A stretch of DNA of 64,000 bases, from the NCBI GenBank assembly GCA_947505655.1, contig CANNMD010000001.1, forward strand, positions 6,048 through 70,047, written 5' to 3'. The notes beneath the pieces were generated by a model that worked only from the letters and a program-made list of their open reading frames with translations, had not been told where the DNA came from and searched no databases. Positions 63,752-64,000 of this stretch are shown here, in pieces (within the stretch, counting starts at the first letter, position 1; each line of letters opens with the position of its first letter). This DNA comes from Acidimicrobiaceae bacterium (GTDB lineage: Bacteria > Actinomycetota > Acidimicrobiia > Acidimicrobiales > Ilumatobacteraceae). The position numbers were made by a program, and so were the translations under genes.

Positions 63752-64000
63752 CGCACCCTTGTCATGTCACTCACGATGCGACCGTCGCGCATCGAAACCT
63801 TACGAAACGCAGCATCGGCCACTTCGGCTGCATGGGTCACCAGCACCACTGCACGCTCGGACGACTGCAGGTTGGTGAGCAACTCCATCACGTTCTCAGC
63901 ATTCTGTGAGTCGAGCGCGCCCGTAGGTTCGTCGGCCAACAAGATCTTTGGTTCGGTCACCAGTGCACGCGCCAAGGCGACTCGCTGCTGCTCGCCACCT
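63748..64000 (-). CDS. ABC transporter ATP-binding protein, C-terminal part (truncated by window edge)
   Basis: The reverse frame reads GGEQQRVALARALVTEPKILLADEPTGALD (signature plus Walker B). ATGA overlap with the permease start. Confidence 0.85.
   Translation of the reverse strand, partial: GGEQQRVALARALVTEPKILLADEPTGALDSQNAENVMELLTNLQSSERAVVLVTHAAEVADAAFRKVSMRDGRIVSDMTRVR

Noticed and set aside
1-64000. CRISPR arrays, rRNA/tRNA/tmRNA/RNase P genes, IS elements, integrases, toxin-antitoxin pairs, restriction or other known defence genes
   Set aside because: None were recognised by eye. Apart from 39143-39619 and the glycine-riboswitch leader (50795-51125), all spacers between called genes are under 170 nt, and no transposase- or recombinase-like ORF is in the track. 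A covariance-model scan would be needed to exclude small RNAs formally.

Overview
High-GC, almost fully coding chromosome segment with gene order typical of Actinomycetota. I call about 70 protein genes. By eye there is no rRNA, tRNA, CRISPR array, transposase or integrase. Most of the window is conserved housekeeping.

**Conserved blocks**
- 396-7775: nagA, a TetR regulator, hydrolases, an ADP-forming acyl-CoA synthetase, a PBP4-type carboxypeptidase and a LON N-domain protein.
- 8728-10792: a ttuB-like / ttuA-like / trmI tRNA T-loop modification operon.
- 11289-24009: the Pup-proteasome locus arc(mpa)-dop-pup-prcB-prcA-[pxpA]-pafA, followed by lepB, tatB-tatC and helY.
- 26081-28307: a long ThyX-like gene and a hyper-acidic DUF4193 gene.
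- 42327-44018: purE-purK.
- 50915-58803: a tandem glycine riboswitch driving gcvP, opposite the actinobacterial block gcvH-garA-merR-BFN-merR-gcvT.
- 58894-64000: a nucleotidyltransferase/PMM fusion next to a CDP-alcohol phosphatidyltransferase, a HIT protein, and a MacB/FtsX-type ABC exporter that is cut by the window edge.

**Candidates for something new**
I do not see a clear-cut novel system such as a defence island or a biosynthetic cluster. The best candidates are:
1. 35354-38269: a VioC/AsnO-type Fe(II)/2OG amino-acid hydroxylase and a threonine-aldolase-family PLP enzyme, divergent from an RpiR/SIS regulator. This could be a two-step hydroxylate-then-cleave amino-acid route.
2. 38286-39193: a 0.9-kb two-gene module (Zn-ribbon protein plus a small eRF1-like 'translational machinery' protein) bracketed by two copies of a 23-nt palindromic element. 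It is followed by the only long stretch without a convincing gene (39194-39619, strongly C-over-G skewed).
3. 8728-10792: a ubiquitin-like sulfur carrier ending GG-Ser-Leu, translationally coupled to TtuA and TrmI right beside the Pup system.
4. 16248-17006: a lone pxpA embedded by stop/start overlap inside the proteasome operon.
5. 58894-61377: a PMM-like domain that appears to lack its phosphoserine.

All functional calls rest on motif recognition from the translated ORFs. No database search was run.
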